From positions 195-64,194 of the forward strand of contig JAFGSB010000158.1 of NCBI GenBank assembly GCA_016934825.1: 64,000 nucleotides of DNA, read 5' to 3'. The notes under the pieces are model-generated. The model did no database searches and had not been told where the DNA came from. It was given only the letters and a program-made list of their open reading frames with translations. This stretch comes from Candidatus Zhuqueibacterota bacterium (lineage in GTDB: Bacteria; Zhuqueibacterota; Zhuqueibacteria; Residuimicrobiales; Krinioviventaceae). Of the stretch, positions 37,818 to 48,281 are shown in pieces. The position numbers and the translations under genes were made by a program. Positions within the stretch are counted from its first letter, which is position 1; each line of letters opens with the position of its first letter.

Positions 37818-39521
37818 TTAGAATTTAGCGCTTATGCCAACAATAATATGAATACCCATCCCGGGAAAGTATTTCCACAGGGTATATTCGGAATCAAATA
37901 TATTACGCACGCTTACAAGCGCGTTTATTTTGCCGAAATTTTGTTTCAGCCCCGCGTTAACCAGGGTAAAAGCCGGCAAGTCTTCTCCGGAATCGAGCCG
38001 GCTCATTCTCGGGCCGTAGAAATCCGCGTCTATCAATAGAAAAGTACCCTTGAGTAATTCAATTGTAGCGTTTACCGGTATACGATATTCGGGCCTGTAA
38101 GGTATTTTGTCATAGTTTGTTAATGTTTTGTTTTTATCTATTTTATCAATCAAATGAATATAATTTACCTGAACTTGTGTCTGTTCGGATACTCTTAAAT
38201 GTATACCAAAACTTATATCCGTCAATTCGGGATTTTGCATAAAGTTCAATCGCACGAGTTGAGTAGTACTGTCGCTTTCCCAAAAAGTCAGATTGTCCAT
38301 AATCCTGTGTTTAATCCCGGCGTTTATTTTCAATTTTGATACGGGTTCAAAATCAATATTGAACAGTACGGCATGTTTTTCCTTTTCAACTGTCAAGGGA
38401 ACGGAATAAAAAAGAAACGGATTTTCTACCAGCCGTTCGGAAAAAGTTTTGTACGTTAACCCGGATTGGTATCTCAAACTCAAACCCAAACGACGGTCCG
38501 GCATAAAATTGAGCTTCATGTAGGGCGACAGTAATGATTCATTGGTAACCGAACCGGTCGTATTGACCTGGTAACCGGCCCCGGCCGCGACAATCATTTT
38601 TGAGTAGATTTGCGACTGGATTTCCAGACCGGCTTCGCCGAAAGAATCTTTAATATCCGCGCTGTCCGCCCCGAATGAAGATGTCTCACGGATATAACGT
38701 CCCGAAGCGGTCACTTTGACAACCGGGAAGGTTTTGCTGTAATTAAAATAGAGATTATACCAAAAGTTGTCCCTTTTTTCAAATTGTGAGGTAGTATCGC
38801 TTTTCAGACCTGTTTTATTGACATCAAAGCCAAGCAGTGCATTCGAAGATCCGGGTAAATCGTAAATCAATTCCGAGCCGAAACAAATCGTATTTATTTT
38901 ACGCTCAAAATTGTTACTGTTCAGCGCGTTAAATAATCCTTTCTGATTCAAATTATATTCCGCCTTCAGCGAGGCCGTGATATGGGGCGCCGGCGCAATA
39001 CTTGTTTCCCCCGCGATTGCCCCGATAAGATACCGGCTGTTTTCATACTGGCCGCTGCTTCTGTTTATCCAGCCGTGCAGACCCCAGTCGCCGCCGGAAT
39101 ATTTTTGCCAGTGCCCGGCGTTAGCCGACAGCGTCGTATAACCGCCGCCGGACAATTGTCCCCAGCTCAGCCGGTTATTGATTTGTGATTTTTTTTCGAT
39201 TTCAGGTTTTACCGCTTCGCGGGTAAACCAGATCGAAACCGGCTCATAAGTTTTTTCCACTTTCAACAGGGAAGGGGGAGCCTGGGTCGCATCCTGTTTA
39301 TCTGTAATGGTCCTTTTGGATTTATCCTGACCCAGAATGAGCACATCCGGCAGATCAAGTTGGGAATCTTTGATGTCGACCTTTTGGGATTGTCCTCTGC
39401 CCGCTTGTACGCTGTCCGACGGCAGGGGAATAGGAGTCGGGGGTGCAACGGCTTTTTTCTGCGCGTATACCATACTGAAGGATAACGCAAGGATGATAAA
39501 TATTTTCAGGGATTTTTTCAT
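37818..39521 (-). CDS. TonB-dependent-receptor-like outer-membrane barrel, apparently without a plug domain
   Basis: Signal peptide, LPDVLILG (TonB-box-like), alternating beta pattern, NIFDSEY and a terminal SAKF. Only ~570 aa. Confidence 0.6.
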   Translation of the reverse strand: MKKSLKIFIILALSFSMVYAQKKAVAPPTPIPLPSDSVQAGRGQSQKVDIKDSQLDLPDVLILGQDKSKRTITDKQDATQAPPSLLKVEKTYEPVSIWFTREAVKPEIEKKSQINNRLSWGQLSGGGYTTLSANAGHWQKYSGGDWGLHGWINRSSGQYENSRYLIGAIAGETSIAPAPHITASLKAEYNLNQKGLFNALNSNNFERKINTICFGSELIYDLPGSSNALLGFDVNKTGLKSDTTSQFEKRDNFWYNLYFNYSKTFPVVKVTASGRYIRETSSFGADSADIKDSFGEAGLEIQSQIYSKMIVAAGAGYQVNTTGSVTNESLLSPYMKLNFMPDRRLGLSLRYQSGLTYKTFSERLVENPFLFYSVPLTVEKEKHAVLFNIDFEPVSKLKINAGIKHRIMDNLTFWESDSTTQLVRLNFMQNPELTDISFGIHLRVSEQTQVQVNYIHLIDKIDKNKTLTNYDKIPYRPEYRIPVNATIELLKGTFLLIDADFYGPRMSRLDSGEDLPAFTLVNAGLKQNFGKINALVSVRNIFDSEYTLWKYFPGMGIHIIVGISAKF

Positions 39522-39531
39522 TTTATTCTTT

Positions 39532-42500
39532 TTATTTCGAAACAAGTAATTTTAATCGTTGTTTTGCTTTATCTGTGTACTCTATATCCGCCGGATAATC
39601 CTGAATAATGGAATAGTACATACGGCGCGCGTCGGCTACTTTGTCCAGGGCCTCATTGCACAGGGCGGCATGGTAAATACCCTTGATAATCCATTGTACT
39701 TCATTGCCGTACAAATATTTTATCTTTAAATAGGCTATAACCGCATCCTGGAAATTATTTTGCGCCCTGTACGTTTCACCGATCAAAAATTGGGCTTCTG
39801 CAGCCAGATCGCTTTCTGCTATGTCGATCACGGCGTCTAATTGTTTTATTGCTTCTGAAAAATTTTGCTGTTTTATATAAATACGCGTCAGACCAATTCG
39901 GGCAAGTTGGCCGGTTCTTGTTTTATTGTTTATTTTTATCGCGTTATTGAAACTATCCTCGGATTGTCCGTCATTCCCCAAATCAAATTGCGCCAGGCCG
40001 ATTTGATAATATGCCGCCGCCGCATTTTCGTTGCCGGGATAATCTGAAATTATTTTTTTATAGTATTCTATACAGCCGGAATAATTTTTTTGTTCATAAA
40101 GTATGTTCCCCGCCAGGAGCAGCGCGTCAGCGGAGCCCGGATTTTTCGGGAAAGCAGTCCATTGTTTTTGCAGCGCGTCGAGCGCGGAAGTCCGGTCATC
40201 CAGTTTGTAATAATCCGAACCGATCAGATAATGCGCACTCTTGGCCGAATTTGTTTCCGGGTAATTCCTGAGTATTAAATTATATTGCGATATGGCGCGG
40301 TCGTATTGCTGCATGTTTTCCGCGAATTCCGCTTTCCTGAGCAGGATCTCGGCCGCTTTTTCCGGATTTTTTATTTTTTCGACCAGCTCGTCAATCATGT
40401 TCAACGATTCCTGGGACTCCCCCTTCTGGATCATAGACCATTGAATACCGTTGACCGCATCATCCACGAAATCGCTGTCCGGGAATTTATTGACCACCGA
40501 TTTATATTGTTCGATGGCTTTGTCATATTCGCCTAAATTATAGTAGCAATCGCCTATGGCATAGGTTGCGTCATCGACAAACTGACTGTTCGGGTATATT
40601 TTCAGAATGTCCCGGAAATCGGCGATGGCCGTTTCAAAACTGTTTGAACGAAAAGAACATCTTCCCGACATATATAACGCCTCCGGCGCAAGCGGAGAAT
40701 CATTATAATCGGTTGTAACGGAATAAAACGCTCTTTTAGCCACGTGGAAATTACCATTTCGATAATAGCAGTTGCCGATCTGGAACTGGGCTTCCGCTTT
40801 TAACTTGTTATCCGTACCCAGATCAAGGATCAGTTGATAGGCTTTAATGGCGGTCAAATACTCTTTGATGTTGAACAAGGCGTCGCCCTGGCGTAACAGC
40901 GCGTCGAATTTCAGGTTCAGATTATTCGTCAGCTCGGCCGCTTTTTCCAGTTTTTTTACAGCCACGGTTTCATTGTTGATTTTTAACGCCGAGTAACCGG
41001 ATCCGTAATAGGCTTCGGCTATTTGGGGGGAATTCGGATATTTATTAATATACTCGTTATACGACGCAAAGGCGTTATCGTATTGTTCCAGTTTGAAATA
41101 TGATTCAGCCTTCCAGAAAAGCGCTTCCCGGGTTATATTTTCTTCCGGGAACCGGTCGAGAACCGTTTCAAAATAATTCAGGGCTTTGTCATACTCACGC
41201 AAATTAAAGTGTATCTTACCGATGTAAAAACCGGCATTTGCTTTTATATAGGGATCGGAAAAACTTTTATCGGTCAATTGAAATGCCTTCATGGCATCGG
41301 TATAATTGTTTTCCCCCATAAAACATTGAGCCAGCATGAGAGAAGCTTTTCCGGCGATGTCGGAATCGGAATAACTGTCAATGATTTTCATAAAGTACTG
41401 CCGCGCCCCGCTGTAGTTTTTACTGTCGAAATCGAGGGACGCCAGTTCGTACATGGCGTTTGGAGCGTCGTCGCTATTGGCATAATAAACGATCACCTGT
41501 TTAAAAGCTTCGGTCGCTTTATCCCGGTCACCGATGAGCAAAAAATTCCTGCCGGCCTGAAAATAAGATGAAGAAGAAATGTCATCCGTTTTGCCGAGTT
41601 GCGCCGCCCGCATAAATGTCTCCGCCGCCTGTTTATAATTGTTTTTGGCGAAATTGGCCCAGCCGGTACTGTACAGAGCTTTGTCCGCAAATTCGCTACC
41701 CTCAACGGATGAGACAATTGAAAAAGCTTCAATCGCCCTGTCATAATCTTTTTGTTTATAATAACATTCCCCGACAAAGTACTGTGCTTCGAATCGTAAT
41801 TCGTTTTGCGGATAGGCATTCAGGGCGTTTTGCAGCACTTTTAACGCCATATTGTAATCCCCTTTTCCGTAAGCGGAAAAACCCAGCCGGTAGTTCGCCT
41901 GGGAGACCAGGGAGCTTGAGGGATGCGTTTCCAGCAGTTTTTTATACACCAGTATGGCGTTATCCCATTTTTTCATTTCCTCATAGATGTAGGCGGCAGA
42001 GTAAAATGAATAGTCTGCCAGCGGACCGTGGGGATCCATGCTGTATACCCTCGCATAGTATTCCAGAGCTTTTGCCTGGTTCCCGGATTTATAAAGGGCT
42101 TCCGCGTACCAATAGAAGGCGTTTGGATTCATGGGACTGTCCGGGTATTCGGAAAAAAATATTTTAAACGTTTTGAGGGCTTCATCGGATTTTCCGGCGC
42201 TGACAAGCGTCTCCCCGATTCGGTATAACGCCTTGTCCCGCAGGCCGATTGCCGGGTAATCCGATAATAACTCCTTATAAGCCGTTACCGCCCTGGAATA
42301 ATCCCGGGTATAGTAATAACATTCCGCCAGCAAAAATTGCGCTTCCTCTGCAAGCGGGCCGGATTTGTTTTTCGCGAGAAATCCCCTGAACTGGTTGGCC
42401 GCAAGATCATACAATTTGTCATTATACATGCCTTTGGCAACATAAAAATCGTTATCCGCGTTTGTTTCGTTAATTTGACCCATTACGGCGCCGCAGATAA

Positions 42501-42549
42501 AAGATAACAATAAAACGGGATAAACTAAGGATGAAATAAATTTATTCAT
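39532..42549 (-). CDS. Large periplasmic tetratricopeptide-repeat protein
   Basis: Signal peptide and many TPR units of the A.Y..G..YY....Y..A...Y.......YP.S type. Confidence 0.9.
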   Translation of the reverse strand: MNKFISSLVYPVLLLSFICGAVMGQINETNADNDFYVAKGMYNDKLYDLAANQFRGFLAKNKSGPLAEEAQFLLAECYYYTRDYSRAVTAYKELLSDYPAIGLRDKALYRIGETLVSAGKSDEALKTFKIFFSEYPDSPMNPNAFYWYAEALYKSGNQAKALEYYARVYSMDPHGPLADYSFYSAAYIYEEMKKWDNAILVYKKLLETHPSSSLVSQANYRLGFSAYGKGDYNMALKVLQNALNAYPQNELRFEAQYFVGECYYKQKDYDRAIEAFSIVSSVEGSEFADKALYSTGWANFAKNNYKQAAETFMRAAQLGKTDDISSSSYFQAGRNFLLIGDRDKATEAFKQVIVYYANSDDAPNAMYELASLDFDSKNYSGARQYFMKIIDSYSDSDIAGKASLMLAQCFMGENNYTDAMKAFQLTDKSFSDPYIKANAGFYIGKIHFNLREYDKALNYFETVLDRFPEENITREALFWKAESYFKLEQYDNAFASYNEYINKYPNSPQIAEAYYGSGYSALKINNETVAVKKLEKAAELTNNLNLKFDALLRQGDALFNIKEYLTAIKAYQLILDLGTDNKLKAEAQFQIGNCYYRNGNFHVAKRAFYSVTTDYNDSPLAPEALYMSGRCSFRSNSFETAIADFRDILKIYPNSQFVDDATYAIGDCYYNLGEYDKAIEQYKSVVNKFPDSDFVDDAVNGIQWSMIQKGESQESLNMIDELVEKIKNPEKAAEILLRKAEFAENMQQYDRAISQYNLILRNYPETNSAKSAHYLIGSDYYKLDDRTSALDALQKQWTAFPKNPGSADALLLAGNILYEQKNYSGCIEYYKKIISDYPGNENAAAAYYQIGLAQFDLGNDGQSEDSFNNAIKINNKTRTGQLARIGLTRIYIKQQNFSEAIKQLDAVIDIAESDLAAEAQFLIGETYRAQNNFQDAVIAYLKIKYLYGNEVQWIIKGIYHAALCNEALDKVADARRMYYSIIQDYPADIEYTDKAKQRLKLLVSK

Positions 42550-42689
42550 TTTCGTTTTTCTATAAATAGAATTTGACAAATATCATTTTTTTAGACGTAT
42601 TTTAGTAGATACAAGTTCCTTTTTAACATCCGATTTTTACTTAAATTTACATTTGATTTATCTGTTTCTGCTGAAAAAACCAATAACAT

Positions 42690-42718
42690 ACTATACAATA
42701 TTAATGGCAAAATTGCAA
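42690..42718 (-). promoter_or_regulatory. Putative sigma70 promoter for the TPR-TonB operon
   Basis: Minus strand TTGCAA-17 bp-TATAGT. Confidence 0.55.
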
Positions 42719-42862
42719 AAGGAATTTCAATACATTAAATAAATCCGGGGCAAGGGGACAATTATTTGTCTTTATTTTTTATCGGAATAAATGAGTATCA
42801 ACCACTGTTGTATTTTTCTTATGAAAAAAGGATAATTAAATTTAATATATATGGAGGAAAAA

Positions 42863-43489
42863 ATGTCTTACGAATGGAAAACCGGAAAAAGACCTTACAG
42901 CGATGAAGAAGCCAAAACATTATTGAAAAACGTGATCAGCCCCGAAACATCGGACTGGCATTATAATAAACATCATAAAGGGTACGTTGCGGCCCTGAAT
43001 ACGATCGAAAAAGGACTGGAAACGGCCGACCGTTCCAAAGCGAACGGCAATTACAGCGAACTGGGAGAACTGAAAAGGCGGTTTACCTGGAACCACTCGG
43101 GCGCCCTCCTGCATGATGTGTACTGGAATGTTCTGGGAGGAGACGGCGACCCGCGTAAAGGGCCGCAGGTCCTGGCCGCAATTGAAAAGGAATTCGGTTC
43201 ATTTGAAAAATGGAAAGAGGATTTCAAGGCCACGGCATTTTCCGCCAAGCTGAGCGGCTGGGGACTGCTGGTATATGATTCGCTGTATTCGCAAAGGCCG
43301 TTAAACGTTCTTGTGGACGAACACCAGTACGGCGCGATATGGGGCGGTATTCCGCTTATTGCCCTGGATGTATTCGAACACGCCTATTATCATAAAGACG
43401 GCCCCGGGCGTGCGGTGTATATCGATAATTTTATAAACTCCCTGCATTGGGGAAGGATCAATGAAAAATTTATAAAGTACGTCAAATAA
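42863..43489 (+). CDS. sod: Fe/Mn superoxide dismutase
   Basis: WHYNKHHKGYV, LLHDVYW, SGWG and DVFEHAYY ligand motifs. GGAGG RBS. Confidence 0.93.
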   Translation: MSYEWKTGKRPYSDEEAKTLLKNVISPETSDWHYNKHHKGYVAALNTIEKGLETADRSKANGNYSELGELKRRFTWNHSGALLHDVYWNVLGGDGDPRKGPQVLAAIEKEFGSFEKWKEDFKATAFSAKLSGWGLLVYDSLYSQRPLNVLVDEHQYGAIWGGIPLIALDVFEHAYYHKDGPGRAVYIDNFINSLHWGRINEKFIKYVK

Positions 43490-43515
43490 TGCTCATTCAT
43501 ACTCCTCAAACGAAC

Positions 43516-43553
43516 CAAAAAGCCCGGCTGTTGAAAAACAGTCGGGCTTTTTT
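43516..43553. terminator. Bidirectional rho-independent terminator
   Basis: AAAAAGCCCGGCTGTT-gaa-AAACAGTCGGGCTTTTTT between convergent genes. Confidence 0.85.
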
Positions 43554-43743
43554 AATCTTATATAATACTCTCGCTCGTATTTCCCCCAAGAAATATATTA
43601 TGAAAACGGCGGAACGCGGGTCAATGGCCGGAGTTTCAATTTAAAAAACGGTGCCGGACATAAGATCATTATTTGACTTTAATGTATAATTTGTCCCCCG
43701 GACCAGTCAGCGGTGTTTGGTGGCCGAAATCCGACCATAAATA

Positions 43744-45363
43744 TCATTGGAAATTCCTGACAACCGCCTCGGCGGTTTTCATACCGTCTATCGCTGAACT
43801 GACAATACCGCCCGCGTATCCCGAACCTTCTCCCGCAGGATATAACCCTTTCACCCCGGTGGATTGGCCGTCTTCGGCGTTTCTGGTCATCCGCACCGGA
43901 CAGGAACTTCTTGTTTCGGCGGCGTAAAGCAGCACATCGTCCTCTCTGGCGCTGTTTAATTCTTTCAGCATTTTCGGGATGGCTTCGACCAGCGTGTCGT
44001 TGACAAATTTGGGCAGGAGGGAGTGGATGTCGGCGGGTACCGCATGCCGCCATGATCTTTGTCCCGGCAGAGGGGACGGCTTTCGTGCGGATAAAAAATC
44101 ACCAAGCCGCTCGGCCGGTATGGAATAGTTACTACCGCCCGCCCGGAAAACTTTTTGTTCAATATCGGACTGAAATAAATATCCGGCTTTTGCCGGATTT
44201 TCTGTATCGTATACTTTGATAAAATCCCCGGGTAAAACAGGAACAAGAAAACCGGCATTGGCGAACAAACCGGCACGGCCGGACAAACTCATGCCGTTGG
44301 TGGTGAACTCTCCCGGGGACGAAGCGCAGGAAATGACCGTTCCGCCGGGACACATACAGAAACTATAACAGGCCCTGTATTTACCCCCGCCGCGCCGGGT
44401 CAGCCGGAAGCTTGCTGCGCCGAGGCGGGGATGGTCCGCGAATTTTCCCCATTGCGACCTGTTTACCTGTTCCTGGGGCAGTTCCAGTCTCACACCGACG
44501 GCAAATGGTTTTGGTTCCAGCGGAATATGATATGTAAAAAACAGTTCATATACATCGCGGGCGCTGTGTCCGGTGGCCAGGATGCATGCGCCGGTATCTA
44601 TATATTCATTGTCGTTAATCAAAAGACCGTGGATTTTATCATTTTCGATCCTGAATCCGCTGAGCCTGCTGTTAAAGCGGAACGTACCGCCGTATGATTC
44701 GATTTTACGGCGGAGTTGCGGAACGATTTTTACCAGAATATCCGTGCCCAGATGCGGGGCGCTGTCGATCAGAATGTGGGACGGGGCGCCGCATTCAACC
44801 AGCGTCTCGAAAAAGTAACGGATCCGCGGTTTGTCTTTACTGCGTGCGGTCAGCTTGCCGTCGGAAAACAAACCGGCCCCGCCTTCACCGTAAAGGACAT
44901 TGCTCTCCGGGTCGAGTATACCCCGGCCCCAGAATTTTTCCACGTGGTCTGTTCTTTCCCCGACCGCCGTACCCCGTTCGATTATCACAGGCTTTAAACC
45001 GGATTTCGCCAGCACCAATGCCGCCATCAGACCCGCGGGACCTGCGCCGACGATAACCGGTTTTTTGAAATCTTTAGTGATTTTTATTAAAGGATATATT
45101 TCCGGTTCTTTTGTTATGTCCGGTATTATCTGTACATCGTTTGGCTGTACCTGTTTGGGCAGTTTTTCACCGTTAAAATTAACTTCAACCGTAAAAGAGA
45201 ACATGGGCGCGGGATTTCGGGGCCTGGCGTCGATTGATCTTTTGATGATCTTTAAATGATCGAGCAGCTTGATATCACATTTTAATTTTTTCGCGACCGC
45301 GGGTAAGATATCACTGAATTTATAATTTAACGGGAGACTGATTTGATGAATTTGTAATCTCAT
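43744..45363 (-). CDS. FAD-dependent oxidoreductase (COG2509-like)
   Basis: VGAGPAG, GEGGAGLFSDGKL, ATGHSARD, FCMCPGG and GEGSGYAGGIVSSAIDG. Confidence 0.88.
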   Translation of the reverse strand: MRLQIHQISLPLNYKFSDILPAVAKKLKCDIKLLDHLKIIKRSIDARPRNPAPMFSFTVEVNFNGEKLPKQVQPNDVQIIPDITKEPEIYPLIKITKDFKKPVIVGAGPAGLMAALVLAKSGLKPVIIERGTAVGERTDHVEKFWGRGILDPESNVLYGEGGAGLFSDGKLTARSKDKPRIRYFFETLVECGAPSHILIDSAPHLGTDILVKIVPQLRRKIESYGGTFRFNSRLSGFRIENDKIHGLLINDNEYIDTGACILATGHSARDVYELFFTYHIPLEPKPFAVGVRLELPQEQVNRSQWGKFADHPRLGAASFRLTRRGGGKYRACYSFCMCPGGTVISCASSPGEFTTNGMSLSGRAGLFANAGFLVPVLPGDFIKVYDTENPAKAGYLFQSDIEQKVFRAGGSNYSIPAERLGDFLSARKPSPLPGQRSWRHAVPADIHSLLPKFVNDTLVEAIPKMLKELNSAREDDVLLYAAETRSSCPVRMTRNAEDGQSTGVKGLYPAGEGSGYAGGIVSSAIDGMKTAEAVVRNFQ

Positions 45364-45387
45364 AATATGATAAAGAGATATGAAAAA

Positions 45388-46434
45388 CTAAAAATCCTGT
45401 TTAAATAAACCGGCGCAATAGCGGGCAAGGTCGGTGGTAAATTTTTTTGTACCCGCCGGACTCATGTGATAATAATCGGAAAAGAGATCATCCTGTTGAT
45501 AAATTGCCGGATCGCCGTTTGTAAGATCGATAAATTCAACATTTAATTCGCCGGCTAAATTCCGCAATAAGCTGATATAGTTCCGGTACCGCTCCAAACC
45601 ATCGGGTGCTTTTAGAAACCTGTCCCCGTGTTCCGATATATTTACCAGAATATATTTAATTCCCGACTGACGACATAACGCGGATGATTTTTTTAATGCG
45701 TCCAGGTTTAATTTCAACAAACTATCCGGAATATCTTCATAATATGTAAAATCGCCGGTTAGTAAACCCAATTTTTTTGCCTCAGCCATGCCGATATTCA
45801 TGAAACTGTGACCGCGGCTGTCAATCGGGTGTAGCAGCGGCCTGTTAACCGGGAAACGGGGGTATCTTAAAAATTCCGTCAAAGCCCCGCTGTAATAATA
45901 TAACCGGACATGATCCAGCAGGTATAACCTGATTTGACTATTCAGGTTGTTTTTCAACCATAATGGTTCATATATACTTGTCTTAAACACCGGGTAATTT
46001 TCTGCGGTAAAAGTACTTTTTAATTCTTCATAACGAACCGCCTGAAGTATAATTTGGGGTTTGCATGATTTTAACCAGAATTTTTCCAGGTAAAAGCTGA
46101 CTGGTCCGGGATCAAGATCGGAAAGGCCGCCATTAAAGCTGGTCATTTTGTGGGATGTTATGTATTGATAAACACTGTCGAACAATAACGGCGAGATATT
46201 GGTGCGGACAACCGAACTGCCGATAAAGAGCACATCCGGTTGGCCCTGTTCTTTTATCAGGGATTTTAACGCTCTTGTTCGTAATTCAACCGCCGGATTG
46301 TAATATGGATTCGCCTGCGGCAGGTTGTCCCGAAGGGGCTCCAGACGTAATGAAAAATCTGTAAGAATCAGCAGCCCTATAACTGCAATTATGGGTTGAT
46401 AAATAAAACGTATTTTAAATTGTTTCGTTTTCAT
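45388..46434 (-). CDS. SGNH-like periplasmic acyltransferase partner (AlgJ/PatB/DltD-like)
   Basis: N-terminal TM, FIGSSV, and a C-terminal DYYH (DxxH). Directly downstream of the MBOAT gene. Confidence 0.65.
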   Translation of the reverse strand: MKTKQFKIRFIYQPIIAVIGLLILTDFSLRLEPLRDNLPQANPYYNPAVELRTRALKSLIKEQGQPDVLFIGSSVVRTNISPLLFDSVYQYITSHKMTSFNGGLSDLDPGPVSFYLEKFWLKSCKPQIILQAVRYEELKSTFTAENYPVFKTSIYEPLWLKNNLNSQIRLYLLDHVRLYYYSGALTEFLRYPRFPVNRPLLHPIDSRGHSFMNIGMAEAKKLGLLTGDFTYYEDIPDSLLKLNLDALKKSSALCRQSGIKYILVNISEHGDRFLKAPDGLERYRNYISLLRNLAGELNVEFIDLTNGDPAIYQQDDLFSDYYHMSPAGTKKFTTDLARYCAGLFKQDF

Positions 46435-46446
46435 AATGTTATTATT

Positions 46447-47871
46447 TTAGAATTGAAAATAAATAAACGGAGCGTTCCCGCCCCCGCCGCTGAAAAATAA
46501 CAACAAGAGGGCGGCGCAGGCAAAAATTATTTTCCAGAAAACCGGAAATCTAAGGAAAGTGAACTCGTTATCATTGATTGTTTGCGGAATGTCAATCAAC
46601 AGGACCAGTAAAGTTAAAAATAATAAAGTAAATATCGAGCCAGTTGGTTCAATTCTGAAATGAGTCAGACCGGCGAGATATTTTTGTGTTGTTTGTATAT
46701 CTGTGGATCTAAAGAACAGCCAGGTGAAATTTGCCAGACAGAGGGTAAATCCAAGGCTGAGGATCTGTGTGCTGTAATAAAAGAATCCTTTTTGAACATT
46801 ATCTTTATATGGGAACACCTGACGATAGAATTTATGTACAACAAGATATAACCCGTGCAGAAATCCCCAAAAGACAAAGTTCCAGTTTGCGCCGTGCCAG
46901 AGGCCGCCCAGCAGCATTGTGGTCATTAAATTGATATAGGTTCGCACGCGGCCTTTCCTGTTCCCGCCCAGTGATATATAGAGATAATCCCTTAACCAGC
47001 CTGATAATGATATATGCCATCTGTGCCAGAATTCGGTCATATTCTTTGAGAAATACGGATGTTTAAAATTACGCATCAACTCAAACCCGAGCAGGTAGGC
47101 CGAACCCCTTGCAATATTGCTGTAACCGGCAAAATCGCCGTAAATTTGCAGTCCGTATAATAATAAGCCGATAGTCAGTTGAAAACCCGTAAAGTTACCG
47201 GGATTGGCAAAGTAGGTATCGACTATGGCGCCTGCCGTATCGGCGATAACCACTTTACGAACCAGCCCGGTGATGATCAGGTACACACCCTTGTAAAAGC
47301 AATCCTGGGAAACGACGCGCGGTTTCTGAATCTGCGGCAGGAGGTTCGCGGCCCGTTCGATCGGTCCGGCAACAAGCTGCGGGAAAAATCCCACAAACAG
47401 GGCAAAGTCTACCAGGTTTTTTGTGGGTTCCAGTTTACCCCGGTAAATATCCAGGGTATAGGATAGAGTCTGGAATGTGTAAAAAGATATTCCGACAGGT
47501 AAAATAATATTTAAAACAGGCAATGATGTCGATAAACCGAACGTGGAAAGCAGGGAATCGGCGCTTTGAACAAAAAAGTCAAAATATTTAAAGAATCCCA
47601 GAATTCCCAGGTTTGTTGTCAGGCTTATAATAACCCCGAGTTTTTTAAAATGCTTTCGGTCTGTTTGATCGCAGTGAAAAAGCCATAATCCGACGCCGTA
47701 ATCTACAATTGTGGAGATAAAAATAAGGGAAAGAAAGCGCACGTCCCAGAATCCGTAGAACACATAACTTGCCAGCAATAATAAAAGATTCTGTTGCCTG
47801 AACTGTAATCTATAGTAAAGAAAGAGAACGATCGGCAGAAATATCGCGTAATCTAATGAATTAAAAAGCAT
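46447..47871 (-). CDS. MBOAT O-acyltransferase (AlgI/PatA family)
   Basis: MLFNS, LPVGISFYTFQ, FPQLVAGPIER, YGDFAGYS, FWHRWHISLS and GLWHGA. Confidence 0.93.
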   Translation of the reverse strand: MLFNSLDYAIFLPIVLFLYYRLQFRQQNLLLLLASYVFYGFWDVRFLSLIFISTIVDYGVGLWLFHCDQTDRKHFKKLGVIISLTTNLGILGFFKYFDFFVQSADSLLSTFGLSTSLPVLNIILPVGISFYTFQTLSYTLDIYRGKLEPTKNLVDFALFVGFFPQLVAGPIERAANLLPQIQKPRVVSQDCFYKGVYLIITGLVRKVVIADTAGAIVDTYFANPGNFTGFQLTIGLLLYGLQIYGDFAGYSNIARGSAYLLGFELMRNFKHPYFSKNMTEFWHRWHISLSGWLRDYLYISLGGNRKGRVRTYINLMTTMLLGGLWHGANWNFVFWGFLHGLYLVVHKFYRQVFPYKDNVQKGFFYYSTQILSLGFTLCLANFTWLFFRSTDIQTTQKYLAGLTHFRIEPTGSIFTLLFLTLLVLLIDIPQTINDNEFTFLRFPVFWKIIFACAALLLLFFSGGGGNAPFIYFQF

Positions 47872-48115
47872 TCCTGGTATCCGTATGCGGAGAGTTTAAT
47901 CTCCAAGATTTTTCGGTTTTACTGATTTAAAATTATTTTCACCATTGTCCTTGTTATAACCCGACATACCGCCTGTTATCCTCAATATTATGTTCTGTAC
48001 GTTATTATATCGTAAAGGACATACGAGAATAAAAACCTCCCGATAGAACCATAGTATAATATCGAACTTACAGTCAGGTCAGAAGCGTCCTTTATCTAAA
48101 CACCGGTGATTTGGA

Positions 48116-48144
48116 ATTATAATAAAAATTACGAAAATGTCCAA
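48116..48144 (-). promoter_or_regulatory. Putative sigma70 promoter for the MBOAT operon
   Basis: Minus strand TTGGAC-17 bp-TATAAT. Confidence 0.5.
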
Positions 48145-48193
48145 GTCTTTTGATAGTAATATATTACTTTTATTTCAGGTCACTATATTTCCC

Positions 48194-48222
48194 TTGCTTA
48201 TTTTACTATCGTTTTATATAAT
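48194..48222 (+). promoter_or_regulatory. Putative sigma70 promoter for the FAH gene
   Basis: TTGCTT-17 bp-TATAAT. Confidence 0.6.
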
Positions 48223-48281
48223 ACCAGAAATTTTAATATATGCAGATTTAATTTTCAAAATAACCAAAAAGGAGCGGAATT

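Noticed and set aside
39532-42549. DNA-level repeat array or CRISPR
   Set aside because: The periodicity is protein-level TPR. No identical direct repeats with spacers were seen anywhere in the window.
47964-47974. ops/JUMPstart-like GGCGGTA on the minus strand
   Set aside because: It reads GGCGGTAT, not GGCGGTAG, and no JUMPstart context is present.
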